Virus record (IMG/VR): IMGVR_UViG_3300015195_000006
Location: 1-64,000 of that record
Strand: one strand, 5' to 3'
From: a virus
DNA length: 64,000 bases
Each line of letters begins with the position of its first letter. Within the stretch, counting starts at the first letter, position 1. Both the position numbers and the translations under genes were made by a program. The notes beneath the pieces were generated by a model. The model worked only from the letters and a program-made list of their open reading frames with translations, was not told the DNA's origin and did not search any database. Below are positions 41,687 through 50,953 of this stretch, in pieces.

Positions 41687-43123
41687 ATGCCTTTACCAAA
41701 ACGCGCGAAGCAGACTGACGCGCAATTCCTTCAGTCGCTTCGCCAAACAATCGAACGAGCCGAGGGACCCGGTGAATCAAATCTCTCGGTGTCCACTGGC
41801 GGCACGATCTACGGCTGTTGCGGATTGTTCGACCTCTGCGGCGACCAAGATCTGATGTCGCTCTCCCTCGAAGGAACAAACAAGTTCCTCGACTGGATCG
41901 GCTGGGAAATGACCGATGTCTGCCGCATCCGCAAGAACTTCGTCGCGTGGGTTGCGCCCGCGCAAACCGAAAGCGGCTACACCGCCGGTTACATCTCCGA
42001 TCCCTGCGCTGACGCTGAAGCGGTTGACTGGGGTGTGTGTGATTTCACCCTGGAAGACTTTGGGCGTTTGCGCCGCAAGACTCCCGTCCGCGATATCACG
42101 AAGGTTGGCGTTCGCCTGTGCGAAGCGCAACCGCGCTATCGCCTCGACGGTTCTCCGATCACCGACGACCTCGAATATGATATGCGCATCGTGTCGGAAG
42201 GCATCGTCCAAGACATGAAACGCTACATCATTTCGGGCGCGAAAACAACCGCCGGTCTGTTCGACGGATTCCAAGCCTTGATCAACACAGGCTACAAGAA
42301 TTCAGACGGGCATCTCTGCCAGTTGATGGACTCGATCGTCATCGATTGGAACGCGAACACCCTGAACGGTGGCGCGGGAATGACCTGGAACAGCGCGGCA
42401 ATCGGCTCATCCTACAACTTCATCGATGTTTTGATGGCGGCGTATCGTCGCGTGCGCCAGCGCATCTCCTGGGCTCCGGCTCTCGCGGCAATGGATATGA
42501 AGCCCGGCGATATGGTCATCGTCGGAACGACAAACTTTATCCAGTGCTTGCTCGATGCGTTCACCTGTTGGTCGGTCTGTCCGCAAGTGGGCTCGCTGAT
42601 TGACCTGCAAGCGGCATTGATGACGCTGGACGTGCACGAAGCGCGCCAGTTCCGCGATGCTTTGAATGGCGGGATGTTCGGCGCGGGTCAAATCACGCTC
42701 GATGGCTTCACCATCCCTTGTGTCGCGTACGACTGGGGTCTGACGACAGGAACGCTGGACGATGTGTATCTCTTGACCGGGCAAGTCGGAAACGTCAAAC
42801 TCTTGCAAGGTCAGTTGAACGACATGCGTCCTGCTGCAACGCACGAAGCCACCGGTGGGAAATATGCTTACACCGATGGCGGACGCTTCCTGACGTGGAG
42901 TGAGTTCGATGGAACTTGTTTGCAGCGCTACGTCGAACAACAGCCGCGCCTCTTGGCGTGGGCGCCTTGGTGTCAGGTAAGATTTGAGGACGTAAAATGT
43001 ACTCGACCGGGTGGACGAATTTCACCTGATCCTACCTCCTCGTTCTTTCCCGAGACATCGTTCCGCGGAACGATTTGCCCTCCCGAATTGGGACAAGCAA
43101 ACTCCGGACCGCTACTCGGTTAG
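41687..43123 (+). CDS. major capsid protein
   Basis: 478 aa, immediately downstream of the protease/scaffold gene and followed by a strong hairpin. Called by position. Confidence 0.65.
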   Translation: MPLPKRAKQTDAQFLQSLRQTIERAEGPGESNLSVSTGGTIYGCCGLFDLCGDQDLMSLSLEGTNKFLDWIGWEMTDVCRIRKNFVAWVAPAQTESGYTAGYISDPCADAEAVDWGVCDFTLEDFGRLRRKTPVRDITKVGVRLCEAQPRYRLDGSPITDDLEYDMRIVSEGIVQDMKRYIISGAKTTAGLFDGFQALINTGYKNSDGHLCQLMDSIVIDWNANTLNGGAGMTWNSAAIGSSYNFIDVLMAAYRRVRQRISWAPALAAMDMKPGDMVIVGTTNFIQCLLDAFTCWSVCPQVGSLIDLQAALMTLDVHEARQFRDALNGGMFGAGQITLDGFTIPCVAYDWGLTTGTLDDVYLLTGQVGNVKLLQGQLNDMRPAATHEATGGKYAYTDGGRFLTWSEFDGTCLQRYVEQQPRLLAWAPWCQVRFEDVKCTRPGGRISPDPTSSFFPETSFRGTICPPELGQANSGPLLG

Positions 43124-43141
43124 GTTCGTAGTAAATAGAAA

Positions 43142-43169
43142 CTGGGTGCGGATTGAAATCCGCACCCAG
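43142..43169. terminator. strong GC-rich hairpin after the capsid gene (bidirectional)
   Basis: CTGGGTGCGGAT-tgaa-ATCCGCACCCAG, extended by GTTCGTA (43124)/TACGAAC (43170). Lies between convergent 41687..43123(+) and 43186..43854(-). Confidence 0.75.
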
Positions 43170-43185
43170 TACGAACTTTAACAAT

Positions 43186-43854
43186 CTAATCGGATTCCCA
43201 CAATTCCTTAAAGCGTTGCGCGGCGCTACTGATTTTAATTTGCCAGTCGCTCGGAAGTTCGGACAAGTCCTTGTCCCGTTTGGCTGAATTACAGGATTTG
43301 CAAAGAATCACCGCATTTCCCGGTTTCAATTCATACCCTTTTGACACAGGGAATACGTGATCAATCGCCAATCTCTCGGTTGAACCGCAAACAACGCAGG
43401 CGGTTTGAGTTTTGAAAAGAAATTCCTGCATTTCAAGCGTCCAATTGCGATCCGCATTCCTTCTTTGATGCTTACTCCATCTCCAATAAAAAGGAGTGTG
43501 GCTAAGTCCGTGTTTAGTAAACAGCCGTTTTGCTTTGGCGACATTGACTTCTTTGGAGTAACAACCGCAACTTTTACTGGCACCATTAGTAAGACTATTT
43601 TGTCCGATGGTTTTCTCATTGCCGCAATCGCAATGGCACAACCATAAAGAACCGTGTTCGTCACTGCCGTTTTGTTTGATGGCGACCCATCGCCCAAATC
43701 GCTTACCAGACAGGTCTCGTGTGCGCGCCTTGTTTCGAGCAACGGTAGCACAGTAGTTGCCGCAAAACTTACTTCTGTGTTCCTGACTTGGCTTGACCGG
43801 ATATTCCGTTCCGCACTCTTCACAAATCTTTTTGACTTTCATTTTAAGACTCAT
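43186..43854 (-). CDS. HNH endonuclease
   Basis: ACVVCGSTERLAIDHVFPVSKG...VILCKSCNSAKRDK, plus N-terminal Cys-rich modules. Confidence 0.8.
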   Translation of the reverse strand: MSLKMKVKKICEECGTEYPVKPSQEHRSKFCGNYCATVARNKARTRDLSGKRFGRWVAIKQNGSDEHGSLWLCHCDCGNEKTIGQNSLTNGASKSCGCYSKEVNVAKAKRLFTKHGLSHTPFYWRWSKHQRRNADRNWTLEMQEFLFKTQTACVVCGSTERLAIDHVFPVSKGYELKPGNAVILCKSCNSAKRDKDLSELPSDWQIKISSAAQRFKELWESD

Positions 43855-44086
43855 CGTCAGGATCGATATGCAGGTCTCGGCGCAAAATAACCAATAGGCA
43901 ACCGGGATTATGGTCTACTTTCCAGTAGTAATCGCGGTTCCCGTAAACATCGGCTTTCCCGCGGCTCAATTCGTAAGCATCCGCATTGCAGATATTGCAA
44001 AAAGAATTATCGCAATCAAGTCCGCCCGTGCCGATGAAGTATTTTGTTTTGGACAGCAGTTTTGCAACATCATTCATTATTGCCAT
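43844..44086 (-). CDS. hypothetical Cys-rich protein (80 aa)
   Basis: Track ORF with AAGGAG Shine-Dalgarno. Co-oriented with the HNH gene. Confidence 0.5.
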   Translation of the reverse strand: MAIMNDVAKLLSKTKYFIGTGGLDCDNSFCNICNADAYELSRGKADVYGNRDYYWKVDHNPGCLLVILRRDLHIDPDDES

Positions 44087-44199
44087 TTTGCTCCTTAAAA
44101 CAGTTCGCCCCGCCTCCCACTAGTGCAAGTAGCAGGAAACAGGGCGATGGCTGGAAATAGAAATGCCCGCTTGCACCGGACATGATAATTGCTGAATTC

Positions 44200-44228
44200 A
44201 ATATAAGATAGAAAGTGATTAAAGTCAA
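44200..44228 (-). promoter_or_regulatory. sigma70-type promoter of the antisense two-gene cassette
   Basis: Minus strand reads TTGACT (44228-44223), 17 nt, TATATT (44205-44200). Confidence 0.5.
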
Positions 44229-44230
44229 GA

Positions 44231-45973
44231 GTGGATAATCTCACAGTAATCATTCCATTCCGCGATGGACAAGCGACGATCCTTAAACTGCTTGCTTCGC
44301 TACCAAAACTCCCGGTCATTATCGTGGATGACCAATCGAAAGAACCTTACCAATCAAATAAACATCAAGTCATTCGGCTTGACCAACGCGGCTACTTCTC
44401 CGGTGCGGTCAACAAAGGGATTCAGTCCTGTGACACCGATGTTCTGATCCTCAATCAAGACGTATGGCTTGAGGATTTCAACTGGGAGGATCTGGACACC
44501 CAGCGTAAGACCTTCGCAATGATCGGCGATGGAGTCTTCGGGCATCCTGCTTTCCCTCAAGGATATGTGCAAGGCACATTCATGTTCCTCCGTCGAGACG
44601 CGATCGAGAAGGTCGGGCTTCTCAACGAGAAAGATTACCCGCTGTGGGGCTCAACGTGCGAATACCAGACCCGTCTTTGCCGCCTGGGATTCGAGGCACT
44701 CCCCCTAAAGATTGGCGCTCTCCATCACGAGCGCAAAGGGAATTACGGCAGTTCCATCAAACAGGCACTCAAAGATGAACCTAACAAGCAATCGCTCTTG
44801 GTCCGAACGCCACCGGAGATTTCAGTCATTATCACCTGTCACAACTACGGCAGATTCCTGAACGATGCGGTCAATTCCTTAATCGGCGGAAATACGATTC
44901 TTGGTGAGATGGCGCCACAGACCTTTCAGTCTTTTGAAGTGATCATCGTCGACGATGCCAGCACCGACGAAACGCCCGAAATTGGCAAGTCCTTGGCAAA
45001 CGACTGGAAAGGAATTCACTACCTTCGGCTTGATAAACTGGGCGGCTCAGCAAGAGCAATGAACGCAGGGATCAAGGCATCTTTCGGAAAAGTGATTGCA
45101 CCGCTCGATGCCGACGATATGATGGAGTCGAATCGGCTCGAAACCTTGTATAATGTGCTCAAAGAGAATCCGCACAGTTGCGTGTATGACGATGTGATGT
45201 GGGTCGAGCGAAACAAACGCAGTCGCGTGGATCGGTTGCCTGATTACGAATTTGAAGAACTGGTCCAAAAGAACGGCATCCACAAGGGCGTGATGTATTC
45301 AAGACAAGCTTGGATTGATACCGGTGGCTATCCCGAATCCATGCAACACGGTCGTGAGGACTGGGCATTCAATATCGCCCTCGGATTCAAGGGCTACTGC
45401 GGCAAGCACATCGAACAACCGCTCTATCTTTACCGAAGGCACGAACTCAATCGCACGAATCAGCAAGAAAAAGACATGCTGAAAGGCTCGGTCAACTGGC
45501 GCCGAGTTTTCTACGAACAAATTCACGCTCTCTATCCAATGCTACAGACAGGAGAAAGACCTATGGGTTGCTGCGGAGGCGGCAGAGCCGCTAACCAAAC
45601 CATTCAAACAGGAAGGACGCAAGGTGCATTTATGACACAACTCGGTCAGCAAGGTATGGTGATGCTTCAATACCTTGGCAACAAGGCAGGCACGATCTCG
45701 TTCTACGGCTCGGTCACCAAAACGCGCTATCTCTTCGGCGGTCAACGCACCGTCGGCTATGTGGACTCAAGAGATGTTGAAGGCTTTGTCAAACTCTACG
45801 AAGGCAAAAGCCCACTCTTCCAGGTCCAACAAACTGAAGAGCCGAAAGTTTACAAAGCGGCGCAGTCTACTTCACCAGAAAGAATCACTCGAGATATGGC
45901 TACCTCGGCTCCCGGCGACTCTGCGCTTGTAGCCAAGTCGCGCAAGCCTCGCAAAGTCAAAGATGTGGCTTGA
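44231..45973 (+). CDS. two-domain family 2 glycosyltransferase (580 aa)
   Basis: Two GT2 N-terminal signatures: TVIIPFRDGQ...VIIVDDQS and ISVIITCHNYGRFLNDAVNS...VIIVDDASTDET...DADD. Confidence 0.8.
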   Translation: MDNLTVIIPFRDGQATILKLLASLPKLPVIIVDDQSKEPYQSNKHQVIRLDQRGYFSGAVNKGIQSCDTDVLILNQDVWLEDFNWEDLDTQRKTFAMIGDGVFGHPAFPQGYVQGTFMFLRRDAIEKVGLLNEKDYPLWGSTCEYQTRLCRLGFEALPLKIGALHHERKGNYGSSIKQALKDEPNKQSLLVRTPPEISVIITCHNYGRFLNDAVNSLIGGNTILGEMAPQTFQSFEVIIVDDASTDETPEIGKSLANDWKGIHYLRLDKLGGSARAMNAGIKASFGKVIAPLDADDMMESNRLETLYNVLKENPHSCVYDDVMWVERNKRSRVDRLPDYEFEELVQKNGIHKGVMYSRQAWIDTGGYPESMQHGREDWAFNIALGFKGYCGKHIEQPLYLYRRHELNRTNQQEKDMLKGSVNWRRVFYEQIHALYPMLQTGERPMGCCGGGRAANQTIQTGRTQGAFMTQLGQQGMVMLQYLGNKAGTISFYGSVTKTRYLFGGQRTVGYVDSRDVEGFVKLYEGKSPLFQVQQTEEPKVYKAAQSTSPERITRDMATSAPGDSALVAKSRKPRKVKDVA

Positions 45974-46274
45974 ACTCGTCCTAAGCGCGTTCGCGTGCTA
46001 CCGCTTGTCCGAAATGATCGCCACGGATGATGGATTATTCGATTGTTTCCTTAGACTCCGCATCCTCTCCGGAGTTTATGACTTGGGCAAGGACGGACGA
46101 CCGCGAACGAACTTAGGACGCCTGATGCAATGTCCGTATTGCGTCGGGGTATGGCTAGCAGGACTCATCACCCTGCTAGTTTTCCCGGTAACAGTAAATT
46201 CAGTTCTCTACTGGCTAGCCATCTCAGGCAGTCAGGCATTTCTACAAACGATTGGAGGTCGAAGTGGTTCTTAA
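45963..46274 (+). CDS. small membrane protein (DUF1360-like)
   Basis: MWLELVLSAFACYRLSEMIATDDGLFD...CPYCVGVWLAGLITLLVF. Confidence 0.45.
   Translation: MWLELVLSAFACYRLSEMIATDDGLFDCFLRLRILSGVYDLGKDGRPRTNLGRLMQCPYCVGVWLAGLITLLVFPVTVNSVLYWLAISGSQAFLQTIGGRSGS
46182..46197. repeat. copy of 16-bp dyad motif
   Basis: TTCCCG GTAA CAGTAA. Encodes FPVTVN in 45963..46274. Confidence 0.85.
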
Positions 46275-46536
46275 CACGGCAAAGCGAGACGTTGAGAGGG
46301 CGGTTGCGATGGTTCGCGCCGATCCCTACGTCGCCAAGATCGCACAAGCCATCCAGAGTTACATTGACAGCCAATTGACCGATGGGACTGTTTCGATGTC
46401 AAAAGCGAACCTGAAACAGACGGTCTCGCCCCCATCGGGCGGACCAAGCGGAACAAACGCGCAATACATCTACGGGCAGATGTTCGATGAAGCAATTCAA
46501 TCCTTGACGGGAAAGTATAAAAAGTTTGTCCAATGA
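46264..46536 (+). CDS. hypothetical protein (90 aa)
   Basis: GTG 46264 follows GGAGG. Confidence 0.45.
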   Translation: MVLNTAKRDVERAVAMVRADPYVAKIAQAIQSYIDSQLTDGTVSMSKANLKQTVSPPSGGPSGTNAQYIYGQMFDEAIQSLTGKYKKFVQ

Positions 46537-47606
46537 CCGTCGTCCCTTCCCTTTCTGTTCTCGATGAATCGCTCTCCGCTGTAAAGCTGGCGCGTTACGC
46601 GGCAATCGTCGGCTTGCACGAATGCAATCTATTCGGCGTGAACTTTGGCGATTCAAGCCAATGCGAACCGCTCTGGTCGCTTCAACAGCGAGCCATGCTC
46701 TTGCGCTATCTCATCGAAGCACAGAGCGAGATCGAGCAAGTTGCCGGGTTTTTCCTGATGCCAAAGTATGTCATCGGTGAGCAACACCCCTATCGCTATC
46801 CACTCGTTTCAAAGTGGATGAAAGTTATCGCGATGGGTGTCAAAGCGATCAGCAACATCTCGCTTGGAAAGACAGTAGATTACACCAACGACCCGTGTGA
46901 GATAACTGTAACCACCGCTGTTACGAATGACGAGATTCGGATTTATCACGCAGGAACGGACATTGAGATTACGCCAAGTTCAATGGTCAACGTCGCTGGA
47001 ACGCTCACGATCGAAGTGCCTCGCTGTCGGATGGTTGAGATTGCAGCGCAGGACACGCCGCAGGGTGGGTTAGACTACAACGATGTGCCGCCCAGCGGAT
47101 CCAGCCCGTTCGTTTTTACCGTTGACGTGAAAAGAGTCTATACCGACACGACTGATACCGGGGATTTGGTTTATCCACATTCCAAGAGCGATGGGCTGTC
47201 TTGTTCTTGCCAAGTCACCTGTTCGGAGTTTCTGCACGAAGCCTGCGCGTATTTGAAAGTGCCTAAAACAGGCGTCATTGACGTATTAAAAACCAACAAC
47301 GGAATCCCGTCGAATGCTTGTGGCTGTTTTTCGAGACGCGCGAGTTATGCACGGATCAACTATCTTTCAGGGATGGATCCGCTGACGAGCCAAGCCGAGG
47401 ACACAATTATACGGCTCGCTCATTCAAAAATGGCGCTTAAACCTTGTGGCTGTGACATTGCAAATTCCGTGTGGGAGCGTGACCGTCACATTCCAGATCA
47501 ACTTGATTCGCAGAGATTAGGCAATCCGTTCGGGGTTTCCGATGGCGCGTGGGTTGCTTGGAAATTTGCCAATGCTTTGAAGATTTGGCGCGCCGGGGTT
47601 CTCTAA
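46533..47606 (+). CDS. hypothetical virion-module protein (357 aa)
   Basis: Track ORF in the head-to-tail joining region. No motif recognised. Confidence 0.6.
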   Translation: MTVVPSLSVLDESLSAVKLARYAAIVGLHECNLFGVNFGDSSQCEPLWSLQQRAMLLRYLIEAQSEIEQVAGFFLMPKYVIGEQHPYRYPLVSKWMKVIAMGVKAISNISLGKTVDYTNDPCEITVTTAVTNDEIRIYHAGTDIEITPSSMVNVAGTLTIEVPRCRMVEIAAQDTPQGGLDYNDVPPSGSSPFVFTVDVKRVYTDTTDTGDLVYPHSKSDGLSCSCQVTCSEFLHEACAYLKVPKTGVIDVLKTNNGIPSNACGCFSRRASYARINYLSGMDPLTSQAEDTIIRLAHSKMALKPCGCDIANSVWERDRHIPDQLDSQRLGNPFGVSDGAWVAWKFANALKIWRAGVL

Positions 47607-47613
47607 TCAAGAG

Positions 47614-47629
47614 TTCCCGGTGACAGGAA
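47614..47629. repeat. copy of 16-bp dyad motif, intergenic
   Basis: TTCCCG GTGA CAGGAA. Lies between the stop at 47606 and the GTGGAG Shine-Dalgarno of 47643..48428. Confidence 0.85.
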
Positions 47630-47642
47630 AAGTGGAGACACA

Positions 47643-48428
47643 ATGAAACGTGCAATCTATACCAACGACAAATTCAACCTGACGACCCAAGAGCAAGAAG
47701 CGGCTCTGACAGCCGCGGGTATTCCGCTTGATTCTTCCCAATGGGATGATGCGATGATGGCGAAAGCCGAGGAGGTTTTGCAAGCGGCAGTAGACGCAAA
47801 GACCGGCAATCGCGCTGACACCGCAGAGTACGTTGGATACGTTGATGGGAAGGAATATGATGTATTGAAAGTTTCCCCAACCGATCCCACTGTTGGTTAT
47901 TGTGCCGTAGAGGGAATGACATCGCCGCAATGGTGCAGCTTTGATAGGATTGAGAAAAAGCAACGCGCCGACACTGGCAACTATGCGCGCATGACCTATC
48001 AAGGTGGAAGCAATGAAATCACATTCCAAGATACTGCTACCATTACACAGGCACTTGGAGTGTTAGCGACACAGGGCTTGAATTATGAATCGGATGGCTA
48101 TTTGACCGTCACATTCCAAAGTCCTGATGATGCAAGCAAGGCATTCAAGATTCTACAGGGAAAGTTGCGCGTGAGTGAGGGTGACTTGTCAGATGGCGTT
48201 TTGGTCGTCAACATCGCTCATCCCGAATGGGGGACGTGGAAAGTCTCGGAAGCCGGTGGGGGTCAGTGGACAGTGACCGGCGCAAGCGGCACGAAGGCAT
48301 TGCTAAATCCGGAGGAATGGGAAATAAAGCGATCCGTAACTCCGATGGGAGCACAGCGTGAAGTGTGGAGATCAATCACTCGGGCGCGTGAGATTCAGGC
48401 GCAGATGCAAAGGCAACGCGGCAGATGA
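47643..48428 (+). CDS. hypothetical virion-module protein (261 aa)
   Basis: Track ORF. Confidence 0.6.
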   Translation: MKRAIYTNDKFNLTTQEQEAALTAAGIPLDSSQWDDAMMAKAEEVLQAAVDAKTGNRADTAEYVGYVDGKEYDVLKVSPTDPTVGYCAVEGMTSPQWCSFDRIEKKQRADTGNYARMTYQGGSNEITFQDTATITQALGVLATQGLNYESDGYLTVTFQSPDDASKAFKILQGKLRVSEGDLSDGVLVVNIAHPEWGTWKVSEAGGGQWTVTGASGTKALLNPEEWEIKRSVTPMGAQREVWRSITRAREIQAQMQRQRGR

Positions 48429-48913
48429 TCGTTGTCCGTTCCTTCTCAACCTTCAAGCCATTGAAAGAAAGCGTCTTTCGCGAAGAATCCAAGAAAGCAC
48501 TCCAACGGCTTGAGAAGAATGTCCTGGATGACTTCCGTCGCACGACCAAAACCTGGAAACGGCAACCGAAGTTCACCAGCAAGATCGTCGTAGATCGGGC
48601 GCAGATCGCGCTCTTTGTCGGGACCGATGACAAGATTTACGGTTATGTGGATAAAGGCACGAAGCCGCACATCATCCGAGCGAAAACGAAAAAGGGCTTG
48701 ATCTTCCTAACCGGTGGAACACCCAAGACGACACCCAACGTGATTCAGGCGTTTCCATCGAAGCCCGGAACAAAGTGGAATCGCAAGATGCAGGTGAAGA
48801 ATCCCGGAACGAAAGCAAGGAACTTCACCGCCATCATCACCAAGACGTTAAATAAGGAATTTCAAAACGAAATGAGACTAGCAATGGAACGATTTGCTCG
48901 AAGGTCTAAATGA
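48425..48913 (+). CDS. possible HK97 gp10-like neck / tail-completion protein
   Basis: Size, position, and IYGYVDKGTKPHII resembling the gp10-family (Y)VExGT block. Tentative. Confidence 0.4.
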   Translation: MIVVRSFSTFKPLKESVFREESKKALQRLEKNVLDDFRRTTKTWKRQPKFTSKIVVDRAQIALFVGTDDKIYGYVDKGTKPHIIRAKTKKGLIFLTGGTPKTTPNVIQAFPSKPGTKWNRKMQVKNPGTKARNFTAIITKTLNKEFQNEMRLAMERFARRSK

Positions 48914-49239
48914 AAATCACCATCCTTGAGGAAAACACTAAAACCGCGCTGGTCGAATGGTCGGATGCCAACGGATTGCATCGTGGCTATCTGCCACGCG
49001 GTATCATCAAAGACGACCTTTCGGCAGTAGTTCTCCGAACCGCCGTTCCTTTTGGGCTCAATTTCGAGGATTTCCCGGTAACGGTAAATTTGGCTAAAGC
49101 CCTGCACGATCGGGGCATTTGGACCATCAACGATATGAACGATATTGCGAACGTGAAAGCCGCGATTCAAGACGCGCTGGGAATCCAGCTCGAATCGCTA
49201 CTCAATTATGCGCGCAGAGCGCGTCAGGAGGCACCATGA
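48910..49239 (+). CDS. hypothetical protein (109 aa)
   Basis: Track ORF. Confidence 0.55.
   Translation: MKITILEENTKTALVEWSDANGLHRGYLPRGIIKDDLSAVVLRTAVPFGLNFEDFPVTVNLAKALHDRGIWTINDMNDIANVKAAIQDALGIQLESLLNYARRARQEAP
49072..49087. repeat. copy of 16-bp dyad motif
   Basis: TTCCCG GTAA CGGTAA. Encodes FPVTVN in 48910..49239. Confidence 0.85.
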
Positions 49240-50723
49240 GTTCAACCCCACTAAAGGGCAGTAACGGCAGTCTGTTCATTCAGACCACGCCCGGTAAAAC
49301 CGCCCAGTATATCGGCTGTCTCGACCTCGACCCATTGGTCGAACCCGCCGGCGACCAAACGCTAATCCACTGTCGCAACCGCGATGGCGTCCTTGAAACC
49401 ATCGGCGTTTCGCAGGGTATTCCTGCCGCGGTGACGACTGGACTCAAGGGTCCAGTTTTCCCCGAAGGCGATATCCTGGACACACTAACGCGTTGCGACT
49501 TCGCACTCTACGCACTCCTGCGAGACTGCGGACGCGCCGGACTATTCTCGAACTTTGTGCGCGCTGAGATCGTGCAACACGCTCGCATCACGTCACGTCA
49601 GGTCGAGAACGCAGTTATGCGCGAGTCAGACGATATGACTCTCCGCACACTAGCGATCAGCGGCTACAATCCAATCTTCCGTCCACGCAATGTCTCGGTG
49701 GTACGCGAGGCGATTGCCGAGACCGGGAACTTGGATGCCGTGACCTTCTACGACACGCTTCAATGCGCATCGAACTGCGGCGCGTTCCAACTCCCCGGTT
49801 TGCGCGGTGCGGTGGCAGGTGTCGCAGCGGCTGGCTCACCCACTACGCTTTCCGATGTGTGGTGGACGCTCACCGGCGGTGGACTGTGGACGCCTGGTAC
49901 CGGCGGCGCGGCTCATCCCTTCGGCGGTGGTGTCGATGTGATGGCGCTCGGCGGGTTCTATCTCGATGCGACCACGATTCGGATGATCGCGGTTCGCAAG
50001 CAAGTCAACGCCGAACCTCTCAAAATCGCATACTCCGACGATCTCGGTGCCACCTGGACACTCGTCACCTTGGGCGCAACCAACAATGAAGGTTGTGCCA
50101 ATGCCAAAGCTCTCTATATCGCAGACCGCGACCATCTCTGGTTGGCGACCACGGCCGGGAACATCTACTTCTCGTCCAACGCGGGCGCATCTTGGACCGC
50201 GCAATCAAGTGCTCTAAGTGCCTCCGGTGGGTCGTCCTTGAAAGCCATTTCCTTCAGTGACTATTCGAATGGCTGGGCGGGTGGCGCGGCTTCCGCGCTC
50301 ATCAAAACCACCGATGGCGGCGCAACGTGGGCGGCAGTCACACCTCCTGTCGCAATGAACATCACCTCCCTGCACGCTTTCAGCAAACTGCGTGTGATCA
50401 TCGGGTCAGATTCTGGAAAACTTTACGAAACGTGGGATGGTTTTGTCTCGGACTTTGAAGCCAAGACCTTCTCCGGGCAAACCGCGTCGAGCACCATCAA
50501 GGCGCTCACCTTCGTGAATGACCACGTTGGCTTTATGATCACCAACACCGCCTCTCCGGTGGGAACGATTCACCGCAGTATTGATGGCGGTGACCAATGG
50601 GAATTGCTCGTCACACCTTCCAACCTTGGACTGAACGACATCTTCCAAGTGAACGAAAACTTGGCATATGCCGTTGGCAATGTCCAGGGCGGAACGAGCG
50701 TTGTCCTGAAAGTGTCCGCGTAA
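49236..50723 (+). CDS. major tail (tube) protein candidate fused to a BNR/Asp-box beta-propeller
   Basis: Lies upstream of the chaperone and tape-measure genes. Four Asp-box repeats (SDDLGATW, SSNAGASW, TTDGGATW, SIDGGDQW). ATG 49236 is in ATGA overlap with the upstream stop. Confidence 0.55.
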   Translation: MSSTPLKGSNGSLFIQTTPGKTAQYIGCLDLDPLVEPAGDQTLIHCRNRDGVLETIGVSQGIPAAVTTGLKGPVFPEGDILDTLTRCDFALYALLRDCGRAGLFSNFVRAEIVQHARITSRQVENAVMRESDDMTLRTLAISGYNPIFRPRNVSVVREAIAETGNLDAVTFYDTLQCASNCGAFQLPGLRGAVAGVAAAGSPTTLSDVWWTLTGGGLWTPGTGGAAHPFGGGVDVMALGGFYLDATTIRMIAVRKQVNAEPLKIAYSDDLGATWTLVTLGATNNEGCANAKALYIADRDHLWLATTAGNIYFSSNAGASWTAQSSALSASGGSSLKAISFSDYSNGWAGGAASALIKTTDGGATWAAVTPPVAMNITSLHAFSKLRVIIGSDSGKLYETWDGFVSDFEAKTFSGQTASSTIKALTFVNDHVGFMITNTASPVGTIHRSIDGGDQWELLVTPSNLGLNDIFQVNENLAYAVGNVQGGTSVVLKVSA

Positions 50724-50731
50724 GAGCAGAA

Positions 50732-50953
50732 GTGTTGACGGTTAGGTGGCTCAATAACACTGGTGAATTCCTGTGGGAAACCAGATCGGTTGAAATGCGA
50801 CGCAATGACGGTGACAAAGAAGTCATCGTCACGCGTTCGGACGGCATTATTGAGCAAGTCACCTCCGGTGATCTCTTCGTGATGAACGAAGCCGGTAAGA
50901 CCGTCGCAGACTATCACCTGTCTGTAGGTAGAAGCAAACAAGGAGCAAAATGA
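50732..50953 (+). CDS. small conserved protein (73 aa), paralog of 35627..35884
   Basis: The GTG 50732 start is supported by N-terminal alignment with the paralog (VLTVRW / MLTLRH). Confidence 0.5.
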   Translation: MLTVRWLNNTGEFLWETRSVEMRRNDGDKEVIVTRSDGIIEQVTSGDLFVMNEAGKTVADYHLSVGRSKQGAK

